A stretch of 32,271 nt of DNA from Alphaproteobacteria bacterium (lineage in GTDB: Bacteria > Pseudomonadota > Alphaproteobacteria > GCA-2731375), in assembly GCA_963577885.1 (NCBI GenBank), contig CAUZBE010000002.1, positions 1-32,271 on the forward strand. Direction: 5' to 3'. Positions within the stretch are counted from its first letter, which is position 1. Each line of letters starts with the position of its first letter. Shown here piece after piece: positions 1 to 9,982 of the stretch. The translations under genes and the position numbers were made by a program. The notes beneath the pieces are model-generated. The model ran no database searches, was not told the origin of the DNA, and worked only from the letters and a program-made list of their open reading frames with translations.

Positions 1-176
1 CGGAACAATTGTGGGAAACCACCCTGGATCCAGACGCCCGCACCCTGCTGCAGGTTCAGGTCAAGGAATTGGACGACGCGGATGAGGTCTTTTCCACCTT
101 GATGGGCGACGAGGTGGAGCCACGCCGGGATTTTATCCAAACCAATGCTCTGAATGTGGTCAACCTGGATATCTAG
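1..176 (+). CDS. gyrB: DNA gyrase subunit B, C-terminal end (5' part lies outside the window)
   Basis: The frame starting at nt 3 reads [57 protein letters not shown], with stop TAG at 174-176. This is the conserved GyrB-type tail (LMGD.VEPRR.FI..NAL...N.D.). ParE tails that I recall differ here. Confidence 0.8.
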   Translation, partial: EQLWETTLDPDARTLLQVQVKELDDADEVFSTLMGDEVEPRRDFIQTNALNVVNLDI

Positions 177-179
177 ACC

Positions 180-2144
180 GTGAAGAAACCAGCCGCTGCC
201 AAGGGCAAGCCGGCCGCAAAATCATTCGGGGGTGGCTGGCTGAGCCGCCTGTTCTATTGGCTGATCGTTTTGGCGGTTTGGGGTGTGATCGCCGTGATGG
301 GGGTGATCGCCTGGTACGCCTATGACCTGCCGTCGGTAGACAAGCTATCCGCGATCCAGCGCAAGCCGACCCTTACCCTGCTGGATTATAAGGGCCGGCA
401 GATTGCCCAGTTTGGTGACGTTTATGGCGAACCGGTACAACTGAAACAGTTGCCCAGCCATTTGCTGGGCGCCGTAATGGCCACGGAAGACCGGCGTTTC
501 TACAGTCATTTCGGTGTCGATCCCATCGGCCTGGCCCGCGCCATGGTCAATAATCTGGTGGCCGGGCGCATCGTCCAGGGTGGCAGCACCATCAGCCAGC
601 AATTAGCCAAGAATGTTTTTCTGACCCCCCGGCGTACCTTAAAGCGCAAGGTTCAGGAATTCCTGCTGGCGCTGTGGCTGGAAGCTAATTTTTCCAAGCA
701 GCAAATTCTGGCCTTGTATTTGAATCGGGTATATCTCGGCGCCGGCGCCTATGGGGTTGACGCAGCGGCCCGGCGCTATTTCGGCAAGCCCGCGGCACGG
801 GTCAATCTGGCAGAAGCGGCCATGTTGGCGGGCCTTTTGAAGGCGCCGTCACGCCTGGCGCCGACCCGCGATATTAAGGCGGCACGGGACCGCGCCGCGG
901 TGGTACTGAACAGCATGGTCGAGGCGGGCTACATAAATACGGCGGCAGCAAACAGCGCCAAGGCCCGGCCCGCGGGCCTGCAGCGGCGCGATGGCGGCGC
1001 GGGCGCCCGGACCTCGCGCTATTTCGCCGATTGGACGATGGACCGCCTGGCGGATTATCTAGGTCCCACGGAGCACAATCTAATCATCAAGACCACCCTG
1101 GATCGTGATATGCAGGCCGCGGCGGAAGCCGCTATGGCCCGCCTGTTCGCCAGCGCGGCGGGTAAGCAGAATATCGGGCAGGGCGCCCTGTTGGCCATGG
1201 CCTTAGATGGCGGGGTCCGGGCCATGGTCGGGGGCCGGGACTATGGCAAAAGCCAGTTCAATCGCGCCACCCAGGCCCGGCGACAACCGGGTTCGGCCTT
1301 TAAGCCAATTGTCTTCCTGGCCGGCCTGGAAGCCGGCCTGCGGCCCGATACCAAGTTCACGGACAAGCCTATTACCGTCGACGGCTGGTCGCCGAAGAAT
1401 TATGCCGGCAAGTATCGCGGCCAAATCACCTTCAGCCAAGCCCTGGCCTATTCCTCGAACTCGGTGGCCTTACAGGTTCAGGAACGGGTGGGCCGGGACA
1501 AGGTCGCGGCCGTAGCCCGGCGCCTGGGACTCACGTCGCCTATTCCCCGCCATCCCTCCGTCGCACTAGGGACAACCGGGGTTAGCCTGCTGCAATTAAC
1601 CGCCGTTTACACGGCCCTGGCCAATCACGGTGGCGGCGTCCTACCCCACGGAATTATAGAAGTGCATGACGGCAAGGGCAATGTGTTGTACCAGCGCCGT
1701 GGTTCGGGCCGGGGCGAGGTTGCCCGGCCCCGGCATGCAGCGGAGTTGAGCCAAATTCTGGCCAACGTGATCACTGTAGGCACCGGCCGGGCCGCCAAAA
1801 TCAACCGCCCCGCCGCCGGCAAGACCGGTACCAGCCAGAACTACCGCGACGCCTGGTTCGTGGGTTATACCAACCAATTGGTCGCCGGCGTCTGGCTGGG
1901 CAACGACAACGGCGCGCCGATGCACCGGGTGACGGGCGGTGGCGCGCCGGCCCGGTTGTGGCGCGATTTCATGACCGTCGCCCACAAGGGCCTGCCGGCG
2001 CTAGTCCTGAACCAGCCGAGCGAAAAGCAGCGCGCGCGCGCCAACACCGAAAACCTGTTCGACCGCCTGTGGCAAGGCCTAGTTGCCAGTGGGGATAGAC
2101 AGGCCGGCGACCCCAATGATCCCCACAACCGGGACAGCCCCTAG
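180..2144 (+). CDS. Class A penicillin-binding protein (bifunctional peptidoglycan glycosyltransferase/transpeptidase), PBP1A family
   Basis: 654-aa ORF with a basic N-terminus plus one TM helix. The GT51 motif EDRRFYSHFGVDP and GGSTISQQLAKN are present. Transpeptidase motifs SAFKP (SxxK), SSN and KTGT are present. The GTG start lies 3 nt after the gyrB stop. Confidence 0.9.
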   Translation: MKKPAAAKGKPAAKSFGGGWLSRLFYWLIVLAVWGVIAVMGVIAWYAYDLPSVDKLSAIQRKPTLTLLDYKGRQIAQFGDVYGEPVQLKQLPSHLLGAVMATEDRRFYSHFGVDPIGLARAMVNNLVAGRIVQGGSTISQQLAKNVFLTPRRTLKRKVQEFLLALWLEANFSKQQILALYLNRVYLGAGAYGVDAAARRYFGKPAARVNLAEAAMLAGLLKAPSRLAPTRDIKAARDRAAVVLNSMVEAGYINTAAANSAKARPAGLQRRDGGAGARTSRYFADWTMDRLADYLGPTEHNLIIKTTLDRDMQAAAEAAMARLFASAAGKQNIGQGALLAMALDGGVRAMVGGRDYGKSQFNRATQARRQPGSAFKPIVFLAGLEAGLRPDTKFTDKPITVDGWSPKNYAGKYRGQITFSQALAYSSNSVALQVQERVGRDKVAAVARRLGLTSPIPRHPSVALGTTGVSLLQLTAVYTALANHGGGVLPHGIIEVHDGKGNVLYQRRGSGRGEVARPRHAAELSQILANVITVGTGRAAKINRPAAGKTGTSQNYRDAWFVGYTNQLVAGVWLGNDNGAPMHRVTGGGAPARLWRDFMTVAHKGLPALVLNQPSEKQRARANTENLFDRLWQGLVASGDRQAGDPNDPHNRDSP

Positions 2145-2241
2145 AGCACTTCGGACTATAGTCATGTTGCGATCAGGCGCGCTTGCCGTCTATCCTGGTT
2201 GCTGTTCACCAGCATGGCAATGACGCGTAACAGGGTGGGAT

Positions 2242-3846
2242 ATGACCATCGACAGCTTTGATTACATCATCGTCGGCGCCGGCACCGCTGGCTGTGTTTT
2301 GGCCAACCGCCTATCTGCCAACCCCAAGACCTCGGTGCTGCTCTTGGAAGCCGGGGGTAAGGATAATTACCATTGGATACATATTCCGGTCGGCTACCTC
2401 TATACCCTGGGCAATCCACGCACGGATTGGTGCTTCAAGACTGAAGCCGAAGCGGGCCTAAACGGGCGCGCCATCGACTATGCCCGGGGCAAGGTCCTGG
2501 GCGGCTGTTCTTCCATCAACGGTATGATCTATATGCGCGGTCAGGCCCGCGACTATGATCAATGGCGCCAGATGGGTAATGTGGGCTGGTCATGGGACGA
2601 CGTGCTGCCCTATTTCCGCAAATCGGAGGATCATTACGCCGGCGCCAATGATATGCATGGGGCGGACGGTGAATGGCGGGTGGAGGAACAACGCCTGTCC
2701 TGGGAGATACTGGCAGCCTTTCGCGAAGCGGCGGCGGAAGTGGGCATTCCCAAGACCGATGATTTCAATCTCGGTGATAACGAGGGCTGTGGCTATTTTC
2801 AGGTCAACCAAAGGCGCGGTGTGCGCTGGAGCGCGGCTAAAGCCTTCCTAAAACCGGTTATGGGGCGAGCCAACCTGAAGGTTCTGACCCATGCTCAGGC
2901 GACGCGTATCATAATCGAGGATGGCCGCGCCACGGGCCTCGAATATCTTCACAACGGCACCTCGGCCCGGGCCCAGGCGCGGGGCGCGGTCATTCTCTCG
3001 GGCGGCGCCGTCGCCTCGCCGCAATTGTTGGAGCTTTCCGGCGTCGGCCAGGGCGAATTGTTGCAACAACACGGCATACCGGCGCGCCATGAATTGCCAG
3101 GTGTCGGCGAAAATCTGCAGGATCACCTACAAATCCGCCTAGTCTACAAAGTCTCTAACACCCGCACTTTGAATCTACGCGCCAATAGCCTGTTGGGGCG
3201 CCTCGCCATGGGCTTGGAATATGGCCTGTTTCGCACCGGGCCCCTGACCATGTCGCCCAGCCAGCTTGGCGCCTTCGCCAAAAGCGATCCCAGTAAAGAA
3301 ACCGCCAATCTGCAATATCATGTCCAACCCTTGAGCACGGACAAGCTGGGCGAGGACCTGCATCCGTTCGATGCGTTCACCGCCTCGGTCTGTAATATCC
3401 GCCCGGAAAGCCGAGGCAGCATCCATATCGCCGGCCCTGATCCCCTGCGCCAACCCCATATCCGCCCGAACTATCTCTCCACCGAGGCGGACCGGGCTGT
3501 CGCCGCCGACGCAATCCGCCTGACCCGCAAAATTTGCGCCGCCGATGCCCTGGCCCCCTATCGGCCGGAGGAATTTCGCCCCGGCGCCGCCGTGGGCAAT
3601 GACCCGGGCGACCTGCTCAAGGCGGTCGGAGACCTGGCCACCACCATTTTCCATCCCGTCAGCACCTGCCGCATGGGTGACGACAACCGGGCCGTGGTCG
3701 ACGGCCGCCTGGCCGTACACGGTATTGTCGGCCTGCGCGTCGTGGATGCCTCGGTGATGCCCACCATCACGTCGGGTAATACCAATTCCCCCGTGGTTAT
3801 GATCGCGGAGAAAGCGGCGGAAATGATCATTCAGGACGGGCGTTGA
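2242..3846 (+). CDS. GMC-family FAD-dependent oxidoreductase (choline/alcohol dehydrogenase-like)
   Basis: 534 aa. N-terminal FAD fold DYIIVGAGTAGCVLANRLS, GMC signature GKVLGGCSSINGMIYMRG, and C-terminal HPVSTCRMG...VVDASVMP. RBS-like AGGGTGGGA precedes the ATG. Confidence 0.9.
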   Translation: MTIDSFDYIIVGAGTAGCVLANRLSANPKTSVLLLEAGGKDNYHWIHIPVGYLYTLGNPRTDWCFKTEAEAGLNGRAIDYARGKVLGGCSSINGMIYMRGQARDYDQWRQMGNVGWSWDDVLPYFRKSEDHYAGANDMHGADGEWRVEEQRLSWEILAAFREAAAEVGIPKTDDFNLGDNEGCGYFQVNQRRGVRWSAAKAFLKPVMGRANLKVLTHAQATRIIIEDGRATGLEYLHNGTSARAQARGAVILSGGAVASPQLLELSGVGQGELLQQHGIPARHELPGVGENLQDHLQIRLVYKVSNTRTLNLRANSLLGRLAMGLEYGLFRTGPLTMSPSQLGAFAKSDPSKETANLQYHVQPLSTDKLGEDLHPFDAFTASVCNIRPESRGSIHIAGPDPLRQPHIRPNYLSTEADRAVAADAIRLTRKICAADALAPYRPEEFRPGAAVGNDPGDLLKAVGDLATTIFHPVSTCRMGDDNRAVVDGRLAVHGIVGLRVVDASVMPTITSGNTNSPVVMIAEKAAEMIIQDGR

Positions 3847-3925
3847 ATGCCGGCGCCAATCAAAGGCGCAAATTCACTCATGCTTTGCCTTGACGCCACC
3901 CCTCCGTACCGTAAGCTGCGCCACC

Positions 3926-4144
3926 ATGCTTAGTCTGCCAAAAATCATGTTGCTTCTGGCCGTGGTCGCCGTGGTTGTGGTGATTTCCCGGAGTTTACGC
4001 AGCAGAGCGGCGAAACCCGGCGGCGATGCCGAAAAACCGGCGGAAAATAAGGCGCTGGACCTAAGCCCGTGTCCGGTCTGCGGTAATTTCGTGGCAGCCG
4101 ACACGCGCGGCTGCGAGCGGACCGAGTGTCCCTACGCGGTTTGA
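3926..4144 (+). CDS. Small membrane-anchored Cys-rich (zinc-ribbon-like) protein, function unknown
   Basis: The ORF is open from 3890 (TTG). The first ATG at 3926 gives 72 aa: a hydrophobic N-terminus (MLSLPKIMLLLAVVAVVVVI), then CPVCGNFV...CERTEC (CxxC plus CxxxxC). Codon usage matches the neighbours. No family assignment is possible by eye. Confidence 0.45.
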   Translation: MLSLPKIMLLLAVVAVVVVISRSLRSRAAKPGGDAEKPAENKALDLSPCPVCGNFVAADTRGCERTECPYAV

Positions 4145-4259
4145 TCCCGCAAGCCATTGCCAAGGTGCGGGACGGCGACTAGGTTGCGCCCAACTCGAAC
4201 CTGCAAGCACCTGACCGCAATCGAAGCCGCATTCATAATTCCATGGATTTGCTACCGCC

Positions 4260-5165
4260 ATGACCGGCACGCCGAACTTTAATACCAAGACCTTTCAGGG
4301 CCTGACCCTAGCCTTGCAGCATTATTGGGCCGAACAGGGGTGCGTTATCCTGCAACCCTATGACATGGAAGTGGGCGCTGGTACCTTTCATTGGGCCACG
4401 ATCCTGCGTTCTCTGGGCAGCAAAAGCTGGAATGCGGCATACGTGCAGCCCTCGCGCCGGCCCACCGATGGGCGCTATGGCGAGAACCCGAACCGCCTGC
4501 AGCATTATTACCAATTCCAGGTGATCATGAAGCCGTCACCGCCTGATTTTCAGGATCTCTACCTGGGCAGCCTGGCCGCCATCGGTCTGGACGCTTCCAA
4601 CCACGACATCCGTTTTGTCGAGGATGATTGGGAAAGTCCGACCTTAGGCGCCTGGGGCCTGGGGTGGGAGGTCTGGTGCGATGGCATGGAAGTCAGCCAG
4701 TTCACCTATTTTCAACAGGTCTGCGGCTATGACTGCTACCCGGTTTCCGGTGAGTTGACCTATGGCCTGGAGCGTCTGGCCATGTATATCCAGGGGGTCG
4801 ACCATTTCCAGAAACTGGCCTGGAACGAATCGGGGAACAAGCGGTCAAAATCCTACGCCGATGTCTATTTGGCAGCGGAGCAGCAATTCTCAGCCTATAA
4901 TTTTGAGCACGCCAATACAGATATGCTGTTTCGCCATTTCGCGGATGCGGAGGCGGAATGCGCTTCTTTGGTCACGGCCAAACTGCCGTTGCCGGCATAT
5001 GACCAGTGCGTCAAGGCCTCGCATCTGTTCAACTTACTGGACGCCCGCGGGGTCATATCGGTGACCGAACGGGCCGCCTATATCGGTCGGGTGCGGGAAA
5101 TGGCCAAGGCCTGCGCCACTGCGTATCTCGCCGCCGAAGGTGAGCCGGTTGGGGGGGCAGCCTGA
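4260..5165 (+). CDS. glyQ: Glycine--tRNA ligase alpha subunit
   Basis: 301 aa. [33 protein letters not shown] and [28 protein letters not shown] are hallmark GlyQ sequences. Confidence 0.97.
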   Translation: MTGTPNFNTKTFQGLTLALQHYWAEQGCVILQPYDMEVGAGTFHWATILRSLGSKSWNAAYVQPSRRPTDGRYGENPNRLQHYYQFQVIMKPSPPDFQDLYLGSLAAIGLDASNHDIRFVEDDWESPTLGAWGLGWEVWCDGMEVSQFTYFQQVCGYDCYPVSGELTYGLERLAMYIQGVDHFQKLAWNESGNKRSKSYADVYLAAEQQFSAYNFEHANTDMLFRHFADAEAECASLVTAKLPLPAYDQCVKASHLFNLLDARGVISVTERAAYIGRVREMAKACATAYLAAEGEPVGGAA

Positions 5166-5166
5166 G

Positions 5167-7221
5167 ATGGCGGATTTGCTGTTGGAGCTGTTCGGAGAGG
5201 AAATTCCCGCCCGCATGCAGTCTCGCGCGGCGGACGATCTGAAACGCCTGGTCTGTGCTGGCCTGAAGGCAGCGGAATTACCCTTCGCAGGCGCCGAGGC
5301 CTTTGTCACGCCGCGCCGCCTTGTTTTGCATATCACTGGCCTGCCATTGGCCCAACCCGACATGCGCGAGGAACGGCGTGGCCCCCGCGTGGATGCGCCG
5401 GAAAAGGCCACCGAAGGTTTTCTGCGCGGTAGCGGCCTTACCCGGGCGCAATGCGAAGAGCGGGAAATGCCAAAAGGCACGTTCCTGTTTGCCATTATCG
5501 AACGCCAGGGCCGGCCCACCGGCGAAGTCCTGGGCGATATACTGCCCACCGCCTTTGCCGAGATGCCCTGGCCCAAGTCCATGCGCTGGGGGTCCGGCAC
5601 GACCCGTTGGGTGCGCCCCTTGCAATCGATCCTGGTCTTGTTCGATGGCGGGGTCGTGCCATTGACCTTTGCCGGCATCTATAGTGGCGATCAAACTCGG
5701 GGCCACCGTTTTCATGCACCGCAGCCGTTTACCGTTTCAGATTTCGCCGATTTCCGGGATAAATTGGCGGCGGCGAAAGTGCTGATAGATCCGGCCGAGC
5801 GGCGGCAACGCATCGTGGACGGTGCGGCGCAATTGGCCCAGGATGCCGGTCTTAGCCTGGCGGCGGACGAGGGCCTGGTGGCGGAGATCGCCGGCCTGGT
5901 GGAATGGCCGGTGCCTATGTTGGGCACCTTCGACCGGCGTTTTCTAGTCGTCCCGGCTGAGGTTCTGGTGACCACCATGAAAGTGAACCAGAAATATCTA
6001 CCCCTCCGCGATCAGAAAGGAAAATTGGCGCCAAATTTCATCACCGTGGCTAATTTGGCGGCGCGGAACGGCGGCGGACAGATCATCGCCGGCAACGAAT
6101 ATGTCCTGACCGCCCGTCTGGCGGATGCGGAATTCTTTTGGCAACAGGATCTGAAAAAAACCCTGGAAAGCCGCCTGCCGGCCCTGGATGAGATGGTTTT
6201 TCACGCCAAGCTGGGCAGCCTGGGTGACAAGGTTGCGCGGATCGAAAAGCTGGCCGCCGCTCTGGCGCAATACGTGCCCGGTGCGAATGGCGAGACGGCC
6301 CGCCGTGCGGCGCATTTGTGCAAGGCGGACCTGGTCAGCTACATGGTCTATGAATTCCCCGAAGTTCAGGGCGTGATGGGCTGCTACTATGCCCGCAATG
6401 ATGGCGAGGCCGAAGACGTCGCGGAGGCAATCCTGCAACATTATTCCCCCGTCGGACCGTCCGACGAGTGCCCCACGGCGCCGACGGCGGTCTGCCTCGC
6501 CCTGGCCGACAAGCTGGATACCCTGGTTGGATTCTGGGCGATCGATCAAAAGCCCACCGGCTCCCGCGATCCCTTCGCCCTGCGCCGCGCCGCCCTGGGA
6601 GTCATCCGCATGATGTTGGAGAATAATCTGCGGCTGCCGTTGCACGAGGTGTTTGCGACGGCGCTTGGCGGCTATCAACTGGATAATGGTAAAGATCTAG
6701 ACCTGTTGGATTTCTTTGCCGACCGCCTGAAAGTGTATTTACGGGAACAGGGCGTGCGGCACGATCTGATACAGGCGATCTTTGCCCTGGGCGGCGAAGA
6801 CGATCTGGTGCGCCTGATGGCGCGAGTAGCCGCCCTGGAGGCGTTTCTGGAAAGCGAAGATGGTGCCAATTTGCTGGTGGCCTATCGCCGGGCCGCCAAT
6901 ATCCTGCGTATCGAGGAAAAAAAGGACGGCACGCCTCATGATGGCGCCGTCGATCCCGCGCTGCTGCAACATGATGAGGAGACGACCCTGGCGGAAGAGC
7001 TCGCCTCGGCAACCGTTAAGATCGATGCCACGCTGGCCGCCGAAGATTTCGCCGCGGCCATGGCAGCTATGGCCGGTTTGCGGCGGCCCATTGACGATTT
7101 TTTTAACGAAGTAACGGTAAACAGTGAAGATCCCGCGCAACGGGGCAATCGTCTGCGTCTGTTGTCGCGAATTCGCGCCACTTTGCGCAAGGTGGCCGAA
7201 TTTAGCGAGATTGAAGGCTGA
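5167..7221 (+). CDS. glyS: Glycine--tRNA ligase beta subunit
   Basis: The ATG at 5167 lies 1 nt after the glyQ stop (TGA 5163-5165). The N-terminus MADLLLELFGEEIPARMQ is the typical GlyS start. 684 aa. The ORF-track start at 5140 overlaps glyQ and is less likely. Confidence 0.95.
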   Translation: MADLLLELFGEEIPARMQSRAADDLKRLVCAGLKAAELPFAGAEAFVTPRRLVLHITGLPLAQPDMREERRGPRVDAPEKATEGFLRGSGLTRAQCEEREMPKGTFLFAIIERQGRPTGEVLGDILPTAFAEMPWPKSMRWGSGTTRWVRPLQSILVLFDGGVVPLTFAGIYSGDQTRGHRFHAPQPFTVSDFADFRDKLAAAKVLIDPAERRQRIVDGAAQLAQDAGLSLAADEGLVAEIAGLVEWPVPMLGTFDRRFLVVPAEVLVTTMKVNQKYLPLRDQKGKLAPNFITVANLAARNGGGQIIAGNEYVLTARLADAEFFWQQDLKKTLESRLPALDEMVFHAKLGSLGDKVARIEKLAAALAQYVPGANGETARRAAHLCKADLVSYMVYEFPEVQGVMGCYYARNDGEAEDVAEAILQHYSPVGPSDECPTAPTAVCLALADKLDTLVGFWAIDQKPTGSRDPFALRRAALGVIRMMLENNLRLPLHEVFATALGGYQLDNGKDLDLLDFFADRLKVYLREQGVRHDLIQAIFALGGEDDLVRLMARVAALEAFLESEDGANLLVAYRRAANILRIEEKKDGTPHDGAVDPALLQHDEETTLAEELASATVKIDATLAAEDFAAAMAAMAGLRRPIDDFFNEVTVNSEDPAQRGNRLRLLSRIRATLRKVAEFSEIEG

Positions 7222-7247
7222 ATAGAAAGGTGCCGAAAGGTATTGCC

Positions 7248-9959
7248 ATGACGAAATGGATTTACAGCTTTGGTGTTGGCTGGGCCGACGGCGGCGCCGC
7301 CGACAAGAATTTGTTGGGTGGCAAGGGTGCGAACCTGGCCGAGATGTCAGGTCTGGGCCTGCCGGTGCCGCCGGGTTTTACGCTGACCACTGAGGTCTGT
7401 ACCGCCTATTATGAAAATGGCGAAACCTACCCTACCGGCTTGCAGGATCAGGTTGCCGCCGCCTTAGCGGCGGTGGAAAAGATCGTCGGCGCGACGTTTG
7501 GTGATAACACCAACCCGCTGTTGGTTTCCGTCCGCTCCGGCGCCCGGGCTTCCATGCCCGGCATGATGGATACGGTGTTGAACCTTGGGTTAAACGATAG
7601 CACCGTGCAGGCGCTGGCCAGGGAAAGTGGCAACGAACGCTTTGCCTGGGACAGCTATCGCCGTTTTATCCAGATGTATTCCGATGTTGTCCTGGGCATC
7701 GATCATTACCATTTCGAAGAACTGCTGGAGATTCATAAGGAGAATTTAGGCCTGCAACTGGACACCGATCTTTCGTCGGACGAACTGCGCCAACTGGTGG
7801 ATCAGTTCAAGGCTAAGATAAAAAGCGAAGGGGGACAAGCATTCCCCCAGGATGTCAGCGCCCAGCTTTGGGGTGCGATCAGCGCCGTCTTCGGTTCATG
7901 GCAAAACGTCCGCGCGGCCACCTATCGCCGCCTGCACGATATCCCGGCCAGTTGGGGCACCGCCGTTAATATCCAGGCCATGGTGTTTGGCAACATGGGC
8001 GAGGATTCAGCCACGGGCGTCGCCTTTACCCGCGATCCTTCCACCGGTGAAAGACGCTTTTTCGGTGAGTATCTGATCAATGCCCAAGGCGAAGACGTGG
8101 TTGCCGGTATCCGTACGCCACAGCATCTGACCAAGGCCGCGCGCCTGGAGGCGAAGGACGATAAGCCGTCGCTGGAAGAGGTGATGCCGAAGGTCTTCGC
8201 TGAATTGGAGATCATATATAAACGGCTGGAAGCCCATTACCGGGATATGCAGGATATCGAATTCACCGTGCAGCGGGATAGCCTGTATATGCTGCAAACC
8301 CGGTCTGGTAAACGTTCCGCCAATGCCGCCATAAAAATAGCCGTAGAAATGGCTGGCGAGGGCTTGCTAAGCCGGGAAGAGGCCATTCAACGGGTGGATC
8401 CGAATTCGCTGGATCAATTGCTGCATCCTACCCTGGACCCTGACGCAAATCGGCAGATCATGACCCGGGGCCTGCCCGCCTCCCCAGGTGCTGCCACGGG
8501 CAAGGTGGTGTTTTCCGCCGATCAGGCGGAGAGCCTGGCTGCTCAAGGCGAGGCAATCCTGTTGGTGCGGATCGAAACGTCACCGGAAGATATCCACGGC
8601 ATGCATGCGGCCCGTGGCATCTTGACCTCCCGTGGGGGCATGACGAGCCATGCGGCGGTGGTCGCGCGCGGCATGGGCCGGCCCTGTGTTTCGGGCGCCG
8701 GACAATTGCGCATTGATTATCAAACCCAGACCATGCGGATCGGCGATGTCACCGTCGGGGCCGGCGATGTCATCACCATTGATGGCAGCAGCGGCGACGT
8801 GATGTTGGGTGAAGTGGCGACGATACAGCCGGAATTGTCGGGCGACTTCGGTATCCTGATGAGTTGGGCGGACGAGATCCGCGAGTTGGGCATCCGCACC
8901 AATGCCGAAACACCTACCGAGGCGAAAGCGGCGATTGAATTCGGCGCCGAAGGCATCGGCCTGTGCCGTACCGAGCACATGTTCTTCGATGCCGACCGCA
9001 TCCTAGCCGTGCGTGAGATGATCCTGGCCCAGGATTTGGCGGGCCGGCAGGCGGCCTTAGCCAAGATTCTGCCCATGCAGCGGCAGGATTTCGTTGATCT
9101 GTTCACCATCATGATCGGTTTGCCCGTAACGATCCGTTTGTTGGATCCGCCATTACACGAATTTCTGCCTAAATCCGATGATGAATTGGCGCAGCTGGCC
9201 GCCGCGACGGGAATTTCCGCCGAGGATCTACGCTATCGGGCCAACCAGCTGCATGAATACAATCCCATGCTGGGACATCGTGGCTGCCGTTTGGGCATTT
9301 CCTATCCAGAAATTTATGAGATGCAGGCGCGGGCCATCTTCGAGGCGGCCTCCATCGTCAGTTCCGAGCTAGGCGAAACCGTGGTGCCGGAGGTTATGAT
9401 CCCGCTGATCGCCAGCAAGGCGGAGTTCGTATATTTAAAGGAACGCATCGCCGCCGTGGCTGATCTGGTTTCAACGGAACAGGGTATTAGCCTGGATTAT
9501 CTGATCGGCACCATGATCGAGCTGCCGCGCGCCGCACTGCGGGCCGGCGAAATTGCCGAAGAGGCAGAATTTTTCTCGTTTGGCACCAATGATCTTACCC
9601 AGACGGTATTCGGTATCAGCCGCGATGATTCGGCTAGTTTTCTGGAAGATTACCGCGGCAAAGGCGTCATGGATGCCGATCCGTTCGCGACCTTGGACAA
9701 AGAGGGCGTCGGTGAATTGGTGCAATTGGCGGCCAAGCGGGGGCGCAAGACCCGGGCCGGTTTGAAATTGGGCATCTGCGGTGAACATGGCGGCGATCCG
9801 GCCTCCATCGCCTTTTGTCAGGCCATTGGCCTGGATTATGTATCCTGTTCGCCCTTCCGCGTGCCCATCGCCCGACTGGCGGCGGCGCAAGCGGCAGTCA
9901 AAAGCACCAGCCGAGCACTGGCTTTAAACATCAACCTTGGATTTCCGCGGCGGTCCTAG
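7248..9959 (+). CDS. ppdK: Pyruvate, phosphate dikinase
   Basis: N-terminus MTKWIYSFG...ADGGAADKNLLGGKGANLAEM. Phosphohistidine motif GGMTSHAAVVARGMG. PEP-utilising C-terminal domain (GLCRTEHMFF, SFGTNDLTQ, CGEHGGDP). GAAAGG lies 7 nt upstream of the ATG at 7248. The upstream GTG at 7230 lacks sensible RBS spacing. Confidence 0.95.
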   Translation: MTKWIYSFGVGWADGGAADKNLLGGKGANLAEMSGLGLPVPPGFTLTTEVCTAYYENGETYPTGLQDQVAAALAAVEKIVGATFGDNTNPLLVSVRSGARASMPGMMDTVLNLGLNDSTVQALARESGNERFAWDSYRRFIQMYSDVVLGIDHYHFEELLEIHKENLGLQLDTDLSSDELRQLVDQFKAKIKSEGGQAFPQDVSAQLWGAISAVFGSWQNVRAATYRRLHDIPASWGTAVNIQAMVFGNMGEDSATGVAFTRDPSTGERRFFGEYLINAQGEDVVAGIRTPQHLTKAARLEAKDDKPSLEEVMPKVFAELEIIYKRLEAHYRDMQDIEFTVQRDSLYMLQTRSGKRSANAAIKIAVEMAGEGLLSREEAIQRVDPNSLDQLLHPTLDPDANRQIMTRGLPASPGAATGKVVFSADQAESLAAQGEAILLVRIETSPEDIHGMHAARGILTSRGGMTSHAAVVARGMGRPCVSGAGQLRIDYQTQTMRIGDVTVGAGDVITIDGSSGDVMLGEVATIQPELSGDFGILMSWADEIRELGIRTNAETPTEAKAAIEFGAEGIGLCRTEHMFFDADRILAVREMILAQDLAGRQAALAKILPMQRQDFVDLFTIMIGLPVTIRLLDPPLHEFLPKSDDELAQLAAATGISAEDLRYRANQLHEYNPMLGHRGCRLGISYPEIYEMQARAIFEAASIVSSELGETVVPEVMIPLIASKAEFVYLKERIAAVADLVSTEQGISLDYLIGTMIELPRAALRAGEIAEEAEFFSFGTNDLTQTVFGISRDDSASFLEDYRGKGVMDADPFATLDKEGVGELVQLAAKRGRKTRAGLKLGICGEHGGDPASIAFCQAIGLDYVSCSPFRVPIARLAAAQAAVKSTSRALALNINLGFPRRS

Positions 9960-9982
9960 GGCATTTTCATTCTGAATTTTCT

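Noticed and set aside
4185-4205. GGTTCGAGT-like string on the minus strand, resembling a tRNA T-loop
   Set aside because: The flanking bases do not form a T-stem (GCAGG versus TGGGC are not complementary). No acceptor or anticodon arms can be drawn.
7230-7247. Upstream GTG start for ppdK, and likewise the extended starts at 5140 (glyS), 19714 (amgK-like), 21546 (ahcY) and 24196 (GT4)
   Set aside because: The extensions overlap the upstream gene or lack RBS spacing. The internal ATGs give canonical N-termini and sit at classic coupling distances (ATGA overlaps or gaps of 1-7 nt with a Shine-Dalgarno sequence).
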